Shown here in pieces: positions 60,303 to 64,000 of a stretch of 64,000 bases of DNA. Positions within the stretch are counted from its first letter, which is position 1; each line of letters opens with the position of its first letter. A program made the position numbers and the translations under genes. The notes under the pieces were generated by a model. That model worked only from the letters and a program-made list of their open reading frames with translations. It was not told the origin of the DNA and did not search any database. The DNA comes from Caldilineales bacterium (GTDB lineage Bacteria > Chloroflexota > Anaerolineae > JAAEKA01), in assembly GCA_025055015.1 (NCBI GenBank), contig JANWYQ010000131.1, forward strand, positions 1,856-65,855, read 5' to 3'.

Positions 60303-60343
60303 AAAAGAGGGAACCGACCACGGGCCGGTTCCCTCTTTGTGTT
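60303..60343. terminator. bidirectional intrinsic terminator between rpsT and the convergent response-regulator gene
   Basis: AGAGGGAACCG-accacggg-CGGTTCCCTCT followed by TTGTGTT, with an A-tract on the other side. Confidence 0.6.
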
Positions 60344-60370
60344 GCCCTCGGCCGACGGCTGTGCAGCCGC

Positions 60371-61075
60371 TCAGTCGCCGGAGAGCGTGTCAACAGCGAC
60401 CTGGTTCTGGGGTGCATCTTGGCCGTTCGGGCGGAAGATATACCCAGCCCCGCGCTTGGTCACCAGGTAGCGCGGCGAGTGGGGATCGGGCTCGATGTGC
60501 CCTCGCAGCCAACTGATGTGCACGTCCAGGGTGCGCGTGTCCTCCAGGTAGTTGGTGTGCCACACCTCCTGCATCAGCGTTTGTCGCAGCACCAGCTGGT
60601 TGGGCCGCGTCATGAACAGCCGCATCAGGTCCAAGAGCTTAGGCGTGAGGCGGACCTCCCCAGCGGGCCCCATCACGGTTTGGTGGTCCATGTCCAGCAC
60701 AAAGTCGCCGGCCACGATCACCTGTCGGCGGGGGGTGTTCATGGCCTCCTGGATGGCCGCAACCAGCCTCTCCGGAGACACCGGGTGGATCAGGCGATGG
60801 TCGTAGCAGGCGCTGCTCAGCCCGGGGGTCTCGCTGATCAGGATCAGACGCGCGCTGGGCGCCATCTGCCGCAGGCTTCGACAGAGCTGTTCCCCTGCGG
60901 CGCGCAGGGACGACACATCCAGCACGATGACGTCCACCCGGTGCTCGCTCAGCTCGCGCGCCGCGCGCATGGCGCTGGGCGCAAAGAGGAGCTCATGGTG
61001 CGAGGCACTGAGTTGGCGCCAGACTGAAGCAAACTGATCCGGTTGTCGGCCGACAAACAGAACGCAACAGGGCAT
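60371..61075 (-). CDS. OmpR-family response regulator with atypical receiver domain
   Basis: C-terminal trans_reg_C winged helix (LTPKLLDLMRLFMTRPNQLVLRQTLMQEVW...RTLDVHISWLR). The receiver has VIVLDVS Asp but lacks the conserved Lys (IHPVSP). Confidence 0.7.
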   Translation of the reverse strand: MPCCVLFVGRQPDQFASVWRQLSASHHELLFAPSAMRAARELSEHRVDVIVLDVSSLRAAGEQLCRSLRQMAPSARLILISETPGLSSACYDHRLIHPVSPERLVAAIQEAMNTPRRQVIVAGDFVLDMDHQTVMGPAGEVRLTPKLLDLMRLFMTRPNQLVLRQTLMQEVWHTNYLEDTRTLDVHISWLRGHIEPDPHSPRYLVTKRGAGYIFRPNGQDAPQNQVAVDTLSGD

Positions 61076-61178
61076 GATGTTCACCCGCCGTCCAGCATTA
61101 TACACACGTTGAGCGCGGCGCGCCAATGGTATAAACGCCGCGTCAGGCCGGACTCCCGCCGAGCGCTGCACCGACAGC

Positions 61179-61208
61179 GTTGACCTTTGCTGGGCGAAAG
61201 TGTATAAT
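61179..61208 (+). promoter_or_regulatory. sigma70-type promoter with very short 5' leader
   Basis: TTGACC-18nt-TATAAT, with GGAG and ATG 61218 only about 10 nt downstream. Confidence 0.5.
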
Positions 61209-61217
61209 CCGGAGCCT

Positions 61218-62069
61218 ATGAGCCACTTCACCAGCGTCCCCAGCAGCGCCCCCCTCGCCCCGTCGTCCGATCCCGCCGGCAGCGCAGCGCCCGGCTCGCC
61301 CGTGTGCGTTGTCCTGCCCACCTTCAACGAGGCTGACAACTTGCCGGCCATGGTGGCAGCCCTGCTGAACCTTGCGCCGTTGCGGGTGGACATCGTCGTG
61401 GTGGACGACGACTCCCCCGACGGCACCGGCCAGGTCGCCGACCGCCTGGCCCAGCGTCACCCCGGTCGGGTCTTCGTCATCCACCGCACCGCGCAGCGCG
61501 GCCTGGGGCGCGCCTATCTCGACGGTTTTCGTTTCGCGCTCAGTCGCGGCTATCCCTTCATCGTCCAGATGGACGCCGACTTCTCCCACGACCCGGCGGA
61601 CGTGCCTCGGCTAGTGGAAGCCGCCCAAGCCGCCGACGTGGCCGTCGGGTCGCGCTATGTCGAGGGAGGCAAGCTGGATCGCCGCTGGAGCTGGTGGCGC
61701 CGCTTCCTGAGCTGGTGGGCCAACGCCGTCTACACGCGCGCGCTGCTGGACCTCTCTGTGCGGGACGCCACCGCCGGCTTCAAGTGCTGGCGCCGCGAGG
61801 CTCTCCAGGGCATTGACCTGGACACCGTGCGCTCCAACGGCTACGTGTTCCAGGTGGAGATGGCCTACATCGCCGACCACCTCGGCTACCGGGTGGTGGA
61901 GATCCCCATTTACTTCGAGGACCGACGGGTGGGGAGCTCCAAGATGACCTTTCCTATCAAGGTCGAGGCTGCCTGGCGCGTGTTAGACATTCGCCGGCGC
62001 CACCGGCATCTGCGCCGCCGCGAGCCCCTGCCCCTGCCGCAGGTGGTGGGCTCCACCAAGCCCTCGTGA
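61218..62069 (+). CDS. polyprenol-phosphate mannose synthase-like GT2 (Ppm1/DPM1-type, soluble)
   Basis: VCVVLPTFNEADNL...VVVDDDSPDGT...DADFSHDP GT2 motifs. No TM segment. Confidence 0.8.
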   Translation: MSHFTSVPSSAPLAPSSDPAGSAAPGSPVCVVLPTFNEADNLPAMVAALLNLAPLRVDIVVVDDDSPDGTGQVADRLAQRHPGRVFVIHRTAQRGLGRAYLDGFRFALSRGYPFIVQMDADFSHDPADVPRLVEAAQAADVAVGSRYVEGGKLDRRWSWWRRFLSWWANAVYTRALLDLSVRDATAGFKCWRREALQGIDLDTVRSNGYVFQVEMAYIADHLGYRVVEIPIYFEDRRVGSSKMTFPIKVEAAWRVLDIRRRHRHLRRREPLPLPQVVGSTKPS

Positions 62070-62109
62070 GGGGCGGCCCTCTCCGCCCGTTGACCTGACC
62101 TGAAACTCC

Positions 62110-64000
62110 ATGAGGCGAATTGTTGCGCGCCGGGCGCGCCAGGGCTTCGTAGCGGGGATCGTCCTCTTCGCCGTGCCCTTTTTTTGGTTTGCGCCGGTGA
62201 TCCTGGGCGGCCGCACCCTGGTGCCGGCAGACAACATCTACCAGTTCCAGCCGTGGGCGGCTCAGGCTGCTGCCCTGGGGGTGGGCACGCCCCACAACGA
62301 GCTGCTGAGCGACCTGGTGCTGGAGAACTACGTCTGGAAGACCTTCCTTCGCCGAACCCTGGCGGCCGGCGAGCTGCCCCTCTGGAACCCCTACATCTTC
62401 AGCGGCGTGCCCTTCCTGGCCGCCGGCCAACACTCTGCCCTCTATCCCCTCTCCCTCCTCTTCTTCCTGCTGCCCCTGCCCCTGGCCTATGGCGTTTTCA
62501 CCTGGCTGCAGTTCGGGCTGGCCGGTCTGGGGATGTACGCCTTCGGCCGCAGCCTGCGCCTGAGCCACGGGGGTAGCCTGTTGGCCGGCCTGGCCTTCCA
62601 GTTCAGCGGCTTCTACGTGGTCAGCGTGGTGTTCACCATGATCATCGCGGCCGCGGCCTGGCTGCCCTGGCTGCTGGCCGCCATCGAGACCGTGGTGCAC
62701 AAGCAGGAGGAGAAGGGCAACGTCTCCTACTCGCCCGCGCCCTACGCGTTGGGCGCGGCGGTGGCCGTGGGGCTGCAGGGGTTGGCCGGCCACCCGGAGA
62801 TCCTGGTGATCACCCTGCTGGCCGCCGGACTCTACACCCTGCTGCGGCTGGCCATCGCCTGGCGCCGGCTGGGTAGCCCGCGGCGGCCGGCGGTGTTGGC
62901 GGTCTGGCTGCTGGCCGCCGTGCTGCTGGGCCTCGCCCTGGGGGCTGCGCAGGTGTTGCCGCTCTACGAGCTGGTGAGCACCAGCTTTCGCGAGGGCTCC
63001 GCCAGCTACGCCGAGGTGGTGGGCTGGGCCTGGCCCACGCGGCAGCTTCTCACCTTCGTGCTTCCCGACGTCTTCGGCAACCCCAGCCACCACGGCTGGT
63101 TCGACCCCTGGCAGTGGGCCTGGCGGCCGGCGGGGCCCAACGCGGCCGGCCAGCCGGTGGCCACGGTCTTCTGGGGCGTGAAGAACTACGTGGAAGGGGG
63201 CAACTACCTCGGCCTCCTCACCCTGCTGCTGGTGGCCGTGGCCGTGGCGCGGGTGATCATCGGCCGGGGGCGGGACGGCGATGTCCCGCCCGAGGCAGCG
63301 GCTGCTCCGGAGGGACAGGGCCGGGCAGAGGCCGCTCTGTTGATCCTGCTGGCCGTCATCAGCCTGCTCTTCGCCTTCGGCACACCTCTCTATGCGCTGC
63401 TCTTCTACGGCGTGCCCGGCTATAAGCAGCTCCACTCGGCCTTTCGCTGGGTGTTCCCGTATACCGTGGCCATGGCGGCGCTGGCCGGCATGGGGCTGGA
63501 CGGGCTGCGGGCGTGGGCTGCCGGCGGGTCGCTGGGCGTCGGCGCGCGCCTGGCCGCCGCGCTGGGCGTGGGGAGCCTGCTGGTGGGGCTGGCCGCGCTG
63601 GCGGCGGCCGGACTGAGCGTGGCGTGGCCGGGGCCTTTTGTGGCCCTCGGTCAACGGGTGGTGGACGCGTCCGACCTGGCGCGCGCGGTCTTCGCCGACG
63701 GCCGCGACTTCTGGGGCTACCAGTGGCGCAACGTGCTGCACCTGGGCGCCTTCAGCCTGTTGGCTGGCGCATGGCTGCTGCTAGCGCTGCGCAACGCCTC
63801 GCCGTGGCGCCGCTATCTGCCGGCCGCGGCCATGGCCCTGGTGGTGTTGGACCTGTACGGCATCTTCGGCCGCTTCAACCCTGCCGCCGACGCTGCGCTG
63901 CTGAAGGTCACGCCGCCCAGCGTGGCCTTCCTGCAGCAGGAGCGAGACCGGAGCCTGGCCGAGGGAGATGTTTGGCGGCTGACCACCTTCGAGGGGCCGG
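62110..64000 (+). CDS. YfhO-family (GT-C-like) membrane protein, 3' end beyond the window; absent from the supplied ORF track
   Basis: My own translation from ATG 62110 is open to the window end with overwhelming G/C at third positions. It contains LWNPYIFSGVPFLAAGQHSALYPL and many TM helices. The listed minus ORF 61957..63741 is its shadow. Confidence 0.75.
   Translation, partial: MRRIVARRARQGFVAGIVLFAVPFFWFAPVILGGRTLVPADNIYQFQPWAAQAAALGVGTPHNELLSDLVLENYVWKTFLRRTLAAGELPLWNPYIFSGVPFLAAGQHSALYPLSLLFFLLPLPLAYGVFTWLQFGLAGLGMYAFGRSLRLSHGGSLLAGLAFQFSGFYVVSVVFTMIIAAAAWLPWLLAAIETVVHKQEEKGNVSYSPAPYALGAAVAVGLQGLAGHPEILVITLLAAGLYTLLRLAIAWRRLGSPRRPAVLAVWLLAAVLLGLALGAAQVLPLYELVSTSFREGSASYAEVVGWAWPTRQLLTFVLPDVFGNPSHHGWFDPWQWAWRPAGPNAAGQPVATVFWGVKNYVEGGNYLGLLTLLLVAVAVARVIIGRGRDGDVPPEAAAAPEGQGRAEAALLILLAVISLLFAFGTPLYALLFYGVPGYKQLHSAFRWVFPYTVAMAALAGMGLDGLRAWAAGGSLGVGARLAAALGVGSLLVGLAALAAAGLSVAWPGPFVALGQRVVDASDLARAVFADGRDFWGYQWRNVLHLGAFSLLAGAWLLLALRNASPWRRYLPAAAMALVVLDLYGIFGRFNPAADAALLKVTPPSVAFLQQERDRSLAEGDVWRLTTFEGP

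Overview
This is a 64-kb high-GC (roughly 68-70% by eye) bacterial chromosomal segment; third-codon-position GC is a reliable frame guide here and the minus-strand ORFs opposite real genes are shadow ORFs. Gene content and GGAGG-type ribosome-binding sites suggest a Chloroflexi-like Gram-type organism, but that is a guess. I found no rRNA, tRNA, CRISPR array, transposase or integrase. From 5' to 3' the window contains a short prepilin-peptidase-like gene and membrane proteins, then panE, then a SAM-I riboswitch followed by metY-metX-metW. Next comes a long minus-strand lipid-linked glycosylation operon (GT4, flippase-like UPF0104, DUF2079, SDR epimerase/dehydratase, DegT aminotransferase, GT-C/PMT-like transferase) with an ArnC-like GT2 and oligopeptidase B nearby. 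The candidate novel system follows: a minus-strand operon encoding (i) an extracytoplasmic Reg_prop beta-propeller + Y_Y_Y sensor fused through one TM helix to a cytoplasmic AAA_35-like P-loop NTPase with a C-terminal HTH, (ii) a paralogous soluble AAA_35-like NTPase-HTH and (iii) a second DegT aminotransferase, sitting divergent from two paralogous secreted triple-LysM proteins. Downstream are a YfhO/GT-C-like protein with a PANDER/ILEI-like C-terminal domain, folC, lon, an AlbA_2/HATPase protein, a lysine-ketoglutarate reductase + saccharopine dehydrogenase pair behind a TATCCCACA repeat array, a TSUP exporter, another GT-C, lgt, DUF2007, a consensus-promoter-driven BlaI/BlaR1-like pair, a lipoprotein with three tandem DsbA domains, a variant System I cytochrome c maturation cluster (CcmE with a CxxxY motif, ccmABCD, CcdA, ResA, no CcmH) behind a CRP-type site, rpsT, an atypical OmpR response regulator, and a Ppm1-like GT2 followed by a YfhO gene that runs off the window and is absent from the supplied ORF track.
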